From Sphaeroforma arctica JP610 (lineage: Eukaryota), in the NCBI RefSeq assembly GCF_001186125.1, contig NW_014040491.1, positions 1 to 47,639 of the forward strand: a stretch of DNA of 47,639 nucleotides. The letters are read 5' to 3'. Below are positions 22,387-34,300 of the stretch, piece after piece; positions within the stretch are counted from its first letter, which is position 1, and every line of letters starts with the position of its first letter. The position numbers were made by a program, and so were the translations under genes. A model generated the notes under the pieces. That model was not told the origin of the DNA. It saw only the letters and a list, made by a program, of their open reading frames with translations, and made no database searches.

Positions 22387-25300
22387 ATATGAATTTATGT
22401 ATGCATATATATATTATATATATGTGTGTGATATATCAGATATATGAATTGGAAAACGCGTACTTGTTTACGTATCGATTTGCTATACTTTCATATATAC
22501 ATTTATATGATGTATATGACCGTTGGCAAGCATCCGTCTGTATAAGGCTGTATATATGAGTGCGTCTGTGAAGGGCTGTATATATCCGTGCGGTCTGTGT
22601 ACTTACTTTGCTATTGAAAGCAAATTCGTATACAAATTGATATACTCTGTGAATGAAGAGTTTTGAGTATATGAGGGGTTGAATGACTGGATCAACATCC
22701 TGGTGTGTGTTTATGATTCGCGTGTACTTGTGCCCCTGTATGTGTCGTAAGTTTTTGCCTATTATCCTGTATGGTATATACATACACGTATATGTATGTT
22801 TTTATGGGTGGTGTTGTTTGTGCGCGATTGCCCCGCGAGACCGGGGTTTGTTGTATATCTGCATCACAGTGGGAATACATAGATATGTTTCAAACCATGT
22901 CTAATTCTGATCATACCTGAAAAACTGATGCATTTATATTGCCTTTGTATTGCAAATCATTGTGTATGTGCACGCAACAGCAGTCTCCCTTCTGTTTGAG
23001 TAACATGCATGCTTGCGAAAGCATCGGAACCCGTAGATTCTATAATCGATGTAAGTAATTTGAATCTCGAAAACTTGACGTGCTTAGCACAACACTCCGG
23101 CTTATCGACTATCTGTGACCGTATATACAATTCGAGTAATTTGAATTGGTCACACGATATTCCCGATGCTGAAGATGTTGATATTCGATGATTCTCAACC
23201 GTATGTGTTTTTTTTGTGGTCTTGTATGGTAGTACATCGGACTAACACTGAGTGTGGAACGTATCTCAGAAATTTGGTTATCGATAGTAGTGTTAATGCG
23301 AATATATCTCTGGTGGCCTCGCTACCTCGGTATAGTCCGTTATCTGTAAAATCATCCCATCTGACATTGTGAATCAACTGTGGACACCATTTTTAAGTCT
23401 TCTTCGACGATTGACTTACCAATGTACTACCTCCATTCGTTCTTTGCAGTTTACTTACAGCTCTGTCGCGTGATCTCCGTCAAGAATTCACAAAGCACTT
23501 CGATGATGTGCTGAAAACTCTTGTAATCTTGTTGAATGATAACAAGGATGCCAAGAGGATACAGCAAACATTCACCTGTCTCTCGTACATGTTCAAGTAC
23601 CTTTCCAAATATCTTGTAGTAGACCTGGAAAAGGTCTTTGTTGCATACACACAACTGCTCGTGCCGAGCCAGCCACTATACGTACGAAATTATGCGGCTG
23701 AGAGTTTTGGCTTCTTGCTCAGAAAGGTTTGTTTTAATGGAACTTTCCGTTTGCACGAAATTGGTTTGGTAATTGCTTCGTTTGCTTGTGCATTGTCGGG
23801 AATCTAGCCATCGTAGACTATGCGTCTTTCTAGTTTGGCGATTTAGGTGGTTGTATTTGATTTTTTTGGTACGGTTCATGTTGTTATGTACTCGAGCGGT
23901 AGGACTGATACGCACAAATAGTCAACGAGTCCTGATTTATTTTCTTTGCACCGTCTTACTTTGCATCAGGTCACGGACATGGAGAAGTTTGAGAAGGTCG
24001 TCAAGAGTATGCTATCCCAGGGATACATGTTATCTAGTGACGAGTTTGCTCAGTCTATAGGCAGAGTCCTCTTTGAAGTTGTGAAAGGCGTCGGCAACCA
24101 CTTGCATTCGCGCACTCCACAGATCTACCGCATCTACCTGGCTTTGCTGCATACATCGCTGGATGCGCCTACGCACACCCGCACGAGTCTCAAACGAGAC
24201 AAGGCTGAGCATGTACGCATACAACGACTGAGTAGGGGAGGCGAGAAAGCACAAGTGATCACCGAAAATACGGTTACTATGGCGACAGACGAGGAATGGC
24301 AAAGCGTGGAGGAGGAGAGTGTCGGAGGTGAAGAGCTGGATACAAGCAGAGACATGCGCGGCTGGACCTACACAGTCGTGGAGACTATCAACAGTAGCAT
24401 GGCCAAGCACACGTGCAAGGAGCACTGTGCGGTGGTGTGGGAGGCACTGGCACACGCCCTCGAGGAGTGTCAGACACAGTGGGGTGTCTTGTACAAGCAG
24501 TTGCAGAACAAACAACAGCAGCAAGCAGAGGCGGTGTTGTTGTGGGAGGGGGCGTGGCAGTATACGCTGGCCCTCTTTACGTTATGGACAGCGCAAAACA
24601 AAGGCGGACGAATTTTAAAGATCGAGACCCTCTATAGGACACTACAGCCTTACTATGTCAAACAGGCCGGGGATGCAGGTGGGGTTGTGTTTAGTCTGCG
24701 TGTGTGTTTATTCATCTATGGTTGCGACTGTGTCTCGGTTGCTGTTCTTTTATGTTGACGATAATCTGCGTGGTCCTATAAGTCTATTCTTTTACATCAT
24801 CACAAACCAGCACTTGACGGAGTTTATAAACTAGCCATGCCCGTGGAAAGTTCCCCCTGATCATTTACCCAAGCCTCCCTTTTTGCTTCAACTGACAGGC
24901 GTTTCCATAGATACGCTTCCGTTGGGTGTCTCGCGTGCCGCCGCCGCACTGCTTGTGGCTGTTCTGTCCGTGGACACATCTGAGAACGCGCTTCTTATGT
25001 CACCATTGCTGATCAAAGGATTGTTCATGCACAACAGTCAAACCGATGTTTCACTGGTGTGTGCACGTCTCGAGAACTATGTGTACGAATGTGAAAAAGG
25101 AGACGCGATACTCAAGTGCGACGTAGTCGTTAGGCGTATCTGTAGTTGGTACTTAGAAAAATGAATGATGACGACGAGATTTCATATATATATATATAGT
25201 TATATTTGTTGAGCGTAACTACAGTAATGCTCCACAGGCGATCGCTTTTGTTTGATACGAATATATTTCAGCATTCATATATTTAAACCAGCCTTGACTA

Positions 25301-28300
25301 GGCAGTGTAGACTTATCAAACGACAGCTCTGATGGAATTTGTCTGTAAACTGATATCGGCAATTGAAATATCCTGGACTTCTATCACTTCCCACGCACAC
25401 TTTTTGAGTTCATACAAGTCGACTCCACGTGTATCTGTAAACATGGTGTGTGCGGTGAGCATCTATGGAGTACTCTTGGTTAGAACACTCGTCTGTAGGT
25501 CATCACTTCCAACTATTGGCCTTTCAACGCGAGTTATTATTCCCATTTGTAGGTGCGCGACGTTATGCTGGAGATGCGCACGATTCCAATCTTCACGCAG
25601 CTGTGCATGTCCCCCCTGGTAGAGTACTTTGATTCGGCATTGGTATTTGCACATAACGAGGGCGCGAGTACCTCTGCGCATGGGCGCGAGTGCCTGCTAC
25701 TCATGCACACGCTGTTTGATAGTTTGGACCTCTCGCGTGCAGCTTCTGTAGTGGTGTCTAATAACAATCGTGTGCGATTCCCCGCACACAGTGCCATGGT
25801 GGCTGGTGTGACGCCTGGTAAAAAGTCTTCCGTCAAGAAAAACAAAGCCAAAGCGCAGAAACTCGCAAGTGTTCCTGAACGACTGGTGGGACTTGTGGTA
25901 GACATTCTATCACGAATGTGCACGGGTGAGAATTTGTCGGAACGTGCGGTGAGTGAATTGGCATCCGCGTGTGTAGCGCTACGTTGTCTGGATCGTATAG
26001 AAGTGCCACAGTACAAAGAGGTCATCAGCATCTTGGAAGCTTATATCCCTAAGCTCGCAGAGGTTGCTGTCCAAAAACATAACGAGACTGACTTGTGCGA
26101 GAGCATGTGTCAGGTGATGTCGAGTGTCATGGACACTCTCACGCACTTCACACTTACATACACAAATGCAAAGCGGATGCTTGAGCTGGATGATATCTTC
26201 CGAGCCGTGCTGGTCGATTTACCACAGTCTTGGCCCATTTTGAAATCGTATTCGATGTATTGTGAAGCTTTGGTTGAACGCAACGACGAAGGTAAGTTCG
26301 ATACGTGTATAGTTATAATTATAATAAGATAATTGATTTGGGTGTTCGTTGTATAATCCCTCTCTCACATGCGGATGTGCGTGGACTGCTTTTCGTTCAA
26401 CAACCAGCACATAATCGCTTGATGTATGCTTACATAGGCCGTCTATGACTATCTTTATTCGGCTTTTTATTCTCGGGTACGCCATGTAAAGCTTGCTGGC
26501 TGTTTCTTGCCTTAAGAAGTGGTCTTTAGTACACACTTTGCTGTGATTAACTCTGAAGTTGGAGCAGTTTCGCCAGTGACAGTGTATTGATTCGTGGTCT
26601 CATACACACTCCTTCTTGCGTAGATGAAGAAGGCACAGCCATTGTTCTTGCTGAGGTCCATGGTGTCACTGACTTGTACAGTGTGTACCAGGTATTAAGG
26701 GCTAATTTGTCTTCACCCAAAAGAGAACTGAGAAAGTGGACAGCTGCGGTGCTCGCGAGTCACCAACAACCAAGGTATTGTCTTTCTGATATACCCGGAC
26801 TTTGTAAGTTTGTATATAAGGGGGTGGCTATACTGAGACTTTCTAAGTGTGTATAGAAGGTGGTGGCTATACTAAGACTTTCTAGGTGTGTTTATAAAGG
26901 GGTGGCTATACTGAGACTTTCTAAGTGTGTATAGAAGGGGGGGTGGCTATACTGAGACCTTCTAAGTGTGTAAAGAAGAGGGTGGCTATATTGAGACTTT
27001 CTAAGTGTGGAAAGAAGGGGGTGGCTTTACTGAGATTTCCTAAGTGTATATATTAGGGGGTGGCTATACTGAGACTTTCTAAGTGTGTAAAGAAGGGAGT
27101 GGCTATACTGAGATTTCCTAAGTGTATATATTAGGGGGTGGCTATACTGAGACTTTCTAAGTGTGTAAAGAAGGGAGTGGCTATACTGAGATTTCCTAAG
27201 TGTATATATTAGGGGGTGGCTATACTGAGACTTTCTAAGTGTGTAAAGAAGGGAGTGGCTATACTGAGACTTTCTAAGTGTGTGAAGAAGGGGGTGGCTA
27301 TACTGGCCCATAGTTTTGCCGTTGATGTGATATATGTTGGGTTGACATGTATTGGAGTGTGGTGGGCTCTCCCGTGTGTTCCATTGGAGCAGTTGCATTA
27401 TATATAGACTGTCTTTACCTTGCTATGCTGGTATTGCTTTATTGACAACATTTTTAACCACTTTACTGTTTTAACAGGCTGAATGCGTCGATATCGGACG
27501 GCGGTAAGAACAAATCAGCACCGCCGTTGTGCGATGTGTTTTCCAACATGGTTGCTGCAGAGGATGTCTCTCTGACGCCAACTGACTTCCGAGACTTCAT
27601 TGCGGCGGCTAATCGGTGCGCGGCGCTGTCCAAGTACAGGCGATTACCCAAAGAGATCGACGATTGCGTGGCGAGATACGCATTCGGTGCTCTGCATATT
27701 CCCATGAAGCCGATCTGGGAAAACGCTTTCGAGGTAATATACCTATTTTAAACTGGTGTTAGTTGTATTAAGCTCCCAAGTAGAGCGTATGTACGAGCGT
27801 ACGTATAATCTGAGACTGTTGTAACGTATACATTAGATTTCATTTGTTTCAATCAGCTTGGTGTTGTATGTCAATAACTTGGTACAGGTTTTTAAGTTGT
27901 ATTTTGCCCAAGTATTTTTTTATAGACGAGTTAATTATATTCGCATCCTACAACAGATGTTAAGGGAGGAGGCTCTGAGAGATCACGCTACCTTCTGGGC
28001 CCTATTTATGCAACAGCTTAATACAAGCGTGGAGCACGTCACCATCACCCAAAACAAAAACAGCGCCGCGACATTGCCACACATGAATACTCTTGAGCTC
28101 ACATCGGCTGAGGCAGACATCATGCGTATAGTGCGTAGCGCCTACGCCACCACACTGGCCATCCCAACGTTCATGAAACTGGGCGCTGGTGGGAAAACCA
28201 AAGACAACAACAAGCGAACGGCCAATACCAAGCCCAAGAACGCCAGCAATAGGGACAGTGCACCGAGCGAGGAGGGTGAGCCTGTGGTGGACTACTTGCA

Positions 28301-31300
28301 CTACCACACACTGCTGCTCAAAACCATCTCCAACGCACCCAGTGAGGTCATCGCCGTGGCAGAGCGTCACGCGCGCGATGTAATCTCTGTGTTTCTGCAG
28401 TTCATCGACAACGAGTACCGAACTGTCTACGTCGGCACAGCGACCACTCAGAACCTTACGGTGGGCAGCAACGCACAGCTCGAGGTGGAAGATCTGGATG
28501 ACGAATCCGTGGCTTTGACTACGGGGCAAGTCGTTGAACAGGCAAAGAGCATGAAGAAGAGAGTGCTCACGCGATTAATTGACTACCTGCGCTTACTCGC
28601 AGTGTTTGTCAATCCCAACTCCCACTACGAACACGACCGCCTACATTCGCTATACGTGGAGTTTATAGCAAAGACCGACGCTGTGGTGCAGAAACATGCC
28701 TTGGAGTGTCTCCTGACATACAAGCCCCCGTATCTTATGCCTCAGAAGGACGTTTTGCTGGATTTGGTGGACGATGATAAGTTCAGGGATAGCCTGACAA
28801 GTGTCGTGCTTATGAGTGGATCTGATGACCTTGACAGTGCCAGTGGCGTGGGCAGAAACGGTGTGGGTATGGCAGTAAGTCAGACTGTCATCCCCGTATC
28901 AAAAGAACACCGTCCCGCTTTCTTGAATATCCTCATTCGGATACTATTCGCTCACATGATGCGAAGGAAAGGGTCAGGCACGAGCAAGAACTCGCTGCAC
29001 GTACGCAGACATGTAGTGCTCAATTTTTTGGCAGGTTTGGAGGTCAGCGAGTTGAAGGTGTTTATTGATTTCATGCATTCCAGATTCGGGGAGTCCTTTG
29101 TGAAAGGACGGGAAGGTATGTTATTGATTTAACATGTTTCTATCCAAGATATGGCGTAGCTATATATACGTTGTGCTTATTTTTGTGCGACACGCAGATA
29201 TACCTTTTTTTTTATCACTCTCGCTATCTGTCGCGTGCTATGAGTGGGATATACCTCGCACATGTACACAAAAAGAGATCAATTCATTCTTTATAACGCG
29301 CGGCTGGATGTAGCCATTAACTAGTAGGTGCATATGATGCTACATAATAGATTCCCTAACTCGTGCACGTTGTTTTTTTCAGGCACTCGAACGATCGAAG
29401 ACTTCGATGCAACTAAGTGCGTTCCATTGTCTGCACAAGAGGGTTATCTGCACCTAGTCACTGATGTCATGAAACAATTGCGAAGCAGAATTATACCTTA
29501 TTTGGGACTCATGGAGTCTGTGATGGTTCGCATCGCTGGTAACGCGTCAATCCTGCTGGAAGCGAACCGTGCTGACTGTAAGTAAATTTGAGTCGCAAAT
29601 TTTGTGCCTGCATAGGGACATGTATGCATTCAATATTCGGTTTATCTTCTGATGTTTGTCAGTATATGCAAAAAAAAAAAGTGCCGCTGCTGAACTATTT
29701 TGGTCACTGATTACATTCCCCTCGCACTGTGTAGCTATGGACCTAGACGCAGATGATGACAGGGCGTCCTCCAGTGGTGTGTTTCATCCGAGATTCTCAT
29801 CCTCGCTCAAGACACTGAGGGGAAATGCAGTGAAAGCTCTGGAATCTGCCTTTGTCCTTTTCCCTACCGAACACGAGGATATCCACAGCAAGGTACTTTT
29901 CTTGGCAATCGTGTGAAAACTGGTAAATGTAAACATCCTGTGTCTGTGCGGATACATGTGCACTGTTATTGCCTTGGGCTTTACGCCGAATACGCATCTA
30001 CTGGGAGTTGTTTCTGTGTAAGTACTCGATTTTGGTCAAATGTTCATATTTAGGGAGTGCATGGGCAATCGCCTGCTTCACAACTATTTAGCACTCATCG
30101 ACTTCAACGTCTTACTATGTATAAGATATATTCATATCACCAGATCTATAGCTCACCACGTATACCACGTATTCCTATCACCAGATCTATAACGAGCTTT
30201 TCACGTCCATCATCCTGCCGCGAGTGCCTCGCCTGGCCGCTGAGTCGCTGCAGCACTCATCTGGACTGGTGGATCTGTTTGCTGTGCTTTCAGAACATCC
30301 AACACAGTATTATGTACTCACACAGCACGGAGACATGGTGCTACCCAGCGTGTTCGCATTGCTGAGCGCACCCTCTGTGTCAGCAAATGTCATCAAGCGA
30401 GTATATGATATTGTTGAGAATCTTCTGGACCGAGAGCAGACAGAGAATGAATGTACAGAAGGCGGAGATGTCATGCAGTCTGATGGTATGTGCGCTATGC
30501 GTAGTCAACTCAAAAACCCATGGTGTATCTTTACGGTCGCTCGTGTCTTTCTCTATATCCATCGAATGCGCTTGAAACTGTTTGTCCGCGAACGCATTAC
30601 TGCATAATAACAACATCTGGTGATTTGTATCCGGCTGGTACTCATATACTTGGCCGCTACTTTGCTTTGTTTTTCTGCTTCATAAAGATCAACCCACTGG
30701 AAAGGAATTGGCTATTCAAAGGACAGGCATGTGTGCTAGGGACATCATCCGTACACACGTGGCCTGTCTACTAAATCACATGCACACAGCGCTTCTCTCT
30801 GAAAAGAAGAAGGTTTCACAGCTTGAAGCTCGCGCCAATGGGATGCTGATTGTACGCAAGAATAACTCTACCAAAAGTAAAGCGGAGCAAAAGGGCAGTG
30901 AGAGAGAGTTGAGTATTCTGTCATGCATCAGCGTGTATGCAGAGGACCAAGAGACAGCTTCCAGATTGCTTGAGATGCTGTGTCCTTACCTGCGCTTGTC
31001 CAGGAAGGAAGTCAACGACAAGGCTAAACTGCACACGCTCAACATCATCGCCCACTGTATCCGGGTAGGTACCGATAGTGTATTTCTTTCTCCGGTTTCA
31101 TGCGTAGCATTTCTGTTTCTACAAATGTTTTAGGACTCGAGTTGTCTCTCTAGAACAGGAGCGAGGGATGGGGGGCGTTTGTTCTGTGTACCGCACTGTA
31201 CTGCACTTCCAGTGTATATACAGTAGTCGACGATCCTGTTATTTTTATATCGTTACTTTGCTCTTGTACAGACATCCCGTCTTACAATGATGCATACGGT

Positions 31301-34300
31301 TTCGCTTGCTCCGTCTAATTGTTCTTCTAATTGATCTGCTTTAAAAATAGGTTGTAGATACCATCACTCCCAAGCAACTGGCGTACTTTTCTCGCCTGTT
31401 TGGTACGATGCCCAACCCACGCCATCGTCTTGCGCTATCTGAGTGTTTCGCTGAAATGGCAAACAAGACAACGAACGTGTGCACAGACTTGGCCCCTGTT
31501 GCTGACATTCTTAAAAGGCTGAATGCAATGGACGACGAGCGAATAGATGATCCGGATTATGAGATCCGAATAAACGCACACAGCGCATTCAACGAACAGT
31601 TGGTCACTGAGACTTCCGTGCAAGGGCTGCTGCCTGTCGCTTATCACTGTGTGCAGGTGATCAACACTACCGAGGACACCTCACTCCGCTTCGTTGCGTC
31701 TCACGGACTTTGTCAGGTGTGTGTGCTCTAACCGATAGTGCAAAATACAGTAAACTCGGTGGATCAGTCGTGGCGTTTCATACGCACTCCTCGCATTTGG
31801 TGCGGTAAATATCATATTACCACCGATTGTTGTATGTGATATTGGACCGATTCGAGCTGGTGCGGTGCTTATGGCGCACCTCCTTGCATAACAGTCTTTC
31901 ATTGATGTTTGTTATTCTATGGCGGTTGTCGTATATCGTGTGGCTCATATCTTCTCGTTCTCAAAACACAGATCGCTGAACGTGCTGCAAAGGACCTTGC
32001 TGCTGGTGATGAGAGTACACATAGAGCATTGGTGGTGGGAGTGATCGTCCCGGCTATGAAGAAGTCATTCAAATTCGGCCGAGAGGGCTCTCGCTCAGAG
32101 TACTTGCTCATCCTCAAGAAATTAATTGTGCTTTTCTCTGACAAGCAATTCAAGGTATGGCTGATATGGTTGACGCCGTGCCGATTTACTGTTGTGATCG
32201 TTTCTTTATGTGAGTCAACTAATGTAGTTTGCTTTGAAAGTATTTTTGATGGCGTTTAGAAATCTGCATATACATGTTATAGAGTTTTAGCTCGTATCCT
32301 CTATTCCATGATCTGCCCCCCTACTCATTCTGGCTCTCATACTTTATACTTGTCTGCACAGGTGGATGACAGCTACCTGGACTTGGCTGTCTTGTCAACG
32401 GCCAATCCCAATGATGAAGATGATGCCGACTTCTTCACCAACATCCGCCATATTCAGTTGCATCGCAGAATCAGGGCCCTCACGCGTCTGGTAGATATTG
32501 TCGACTCTGGTCAAATAGCTACCGCCTCGCTCATTAATATCCTCCTGCCTATCGCAGCGCATGTGATTGTGGACAACACGAAGGTGTGTCTTACATTATA
32601 TGCCTTCGCGCTATCGATTTTTGTTACGTATCCAATGAATTTCTTCATTTGTATTAGCGTGTGAAAAGCTAATATTTATTTAACAGATACCACCTGTATA
32701 TATGAAAGTATATACCTGCATATATGAAAGTATGTATGCGGAACTGCCATCATATGTATTTACGATTCTCGACGGCCACAATACATAAACATATTCATTT
32801 GTTTGTGATAAAGTATTGTTTGTATGTACTTAGGTCGAAAGCTCATAGACACACAAAGTTCTGTCTTGGCATTGCGACGCGTGTAAAATATGGATTATAG
32901 AATGGACCATAATTGTACATATGTTCATTTATTCCTTTTGCTTGGCAATGAAAAGTCGATGATGTGAGTGGGAGACAACCATCGCCCCGGCAGCTCTCTT
33001 TTGAAGGGGAGTTGTAGTTCTACATCTCTACATTAGTAGATTATATTTATTCCCAGCAACATATCGAAATCGATTACATACTCGAAGTTGAATAGATGTG
33101 TAGCTTAGAATGGATGCCTTTCGCTATTATAAAGAATGAAGACTCCATCTCAAGGGAGCGGGGAGACGGAGTGGTGCTGGGGCTGGGGCTGATGGTTGTT
33201 GCGTGCCACATCCATTGAACCATCCATGAGCTGCGCATACCAATAGCAATTTCAACTGTGTGTCAATATTCATATATCCATATTGTTATACATATATGTG
33301 CATACAAGCAGTTGGTACACCTGAAACATTTTCATATAAACGCATCTCATTCGAAGTATGGTACCGGCTATACTGTTCGTAGCTGTCATGGTGTTCTTAA
33401 CCCAAATTTGTTCAGACCTATATCGCAAAATGTAGTCGATTAATGTCTGCGTAGGAATGACGCAAGGGTGAAAAATGTGTACGCGCTATATGCATATGAG
33501 TGTGCGTAGATCCGTCTCAGCACCTAATCGCAGTGTTGTAGTAGAGTCTAGATTTTATTGATTTTATGTTAGATACACAAGTTGGCCCGCCCTTATGAGG
33601 GCATGTCTCATATGTGTTTTTAGTGCCGTGATGCCTTATATCATCCCTGTTTAATTTCACCTGCGTTTTTATGATGAATCCTTCATGCGAGTTGTATCGC
33701 GCTACACCCATATCAAGCATAACACTCCTGCCATCTATTGTTCCTATTGCTTTCCCCAACAGTCCATGGAGCACCACTTTGTAAATGCTGCCATCGATGT
33801 CATAGGTTCAATCGCTGGCAAACTTGGATGGGGGCATTACATCTACACTCTGCGGACTTATCTCAAACTAGCTGCTACGAAACCTGAACTCGAGAAAACT
33901 CTGTTAAAGGTAAACATGCATCACGGCTAAGCCTGTTGTTGTACAACCCATTTGTTCTGTACTTCTACCTCACGCCTCGCACTAGTTCCATGTGATGTCG
34001 ATGCCGTTATACATAGTGGTTCTCAGTATATCTGGAAATCGAACACTTCATGTCCTTATGATACTGAGTCTCTGACTACCATCATCTTATTCCCGCTTCC
34101 AGGTTGTGACCAAGATTGTAGATAACTTTCATTTCACATCAGTTGAAGTGCCATTGACACTTGCGGTTGCCGTGGATGAAGATGTTGAGGACAACGATGG
34201 CGACGACCTCGTTGATCTTTCTCCTGACAACACTGATGAAACAGCTCTCTTAAAGCAACTATCTGAAAGCGTTACTGCTGATTCTCGCGCACAAACAATG

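Noticed and set aside
21877..22559. Long Cys/Val/Tyr/Ile or His/Thr ORFs
   Set aside because: Translations of the TA/TG microsatellite.
26804..27305. 39-bp repeats as a CRISPR array or a repeat-protein ORF (27027-27398)
   Set aside because: Head-to-tail minisatellite inside a phase-consistent UTP20 intron. The ORFs arise because 39 is a multiple of 3.
33136..33175. SECIS element (ATGA-N12-AA with stem)
   Set aside because: Lacks the 3' GA of the non-Watson-Crick quartet and lies in an intron, not a 3' UTR.
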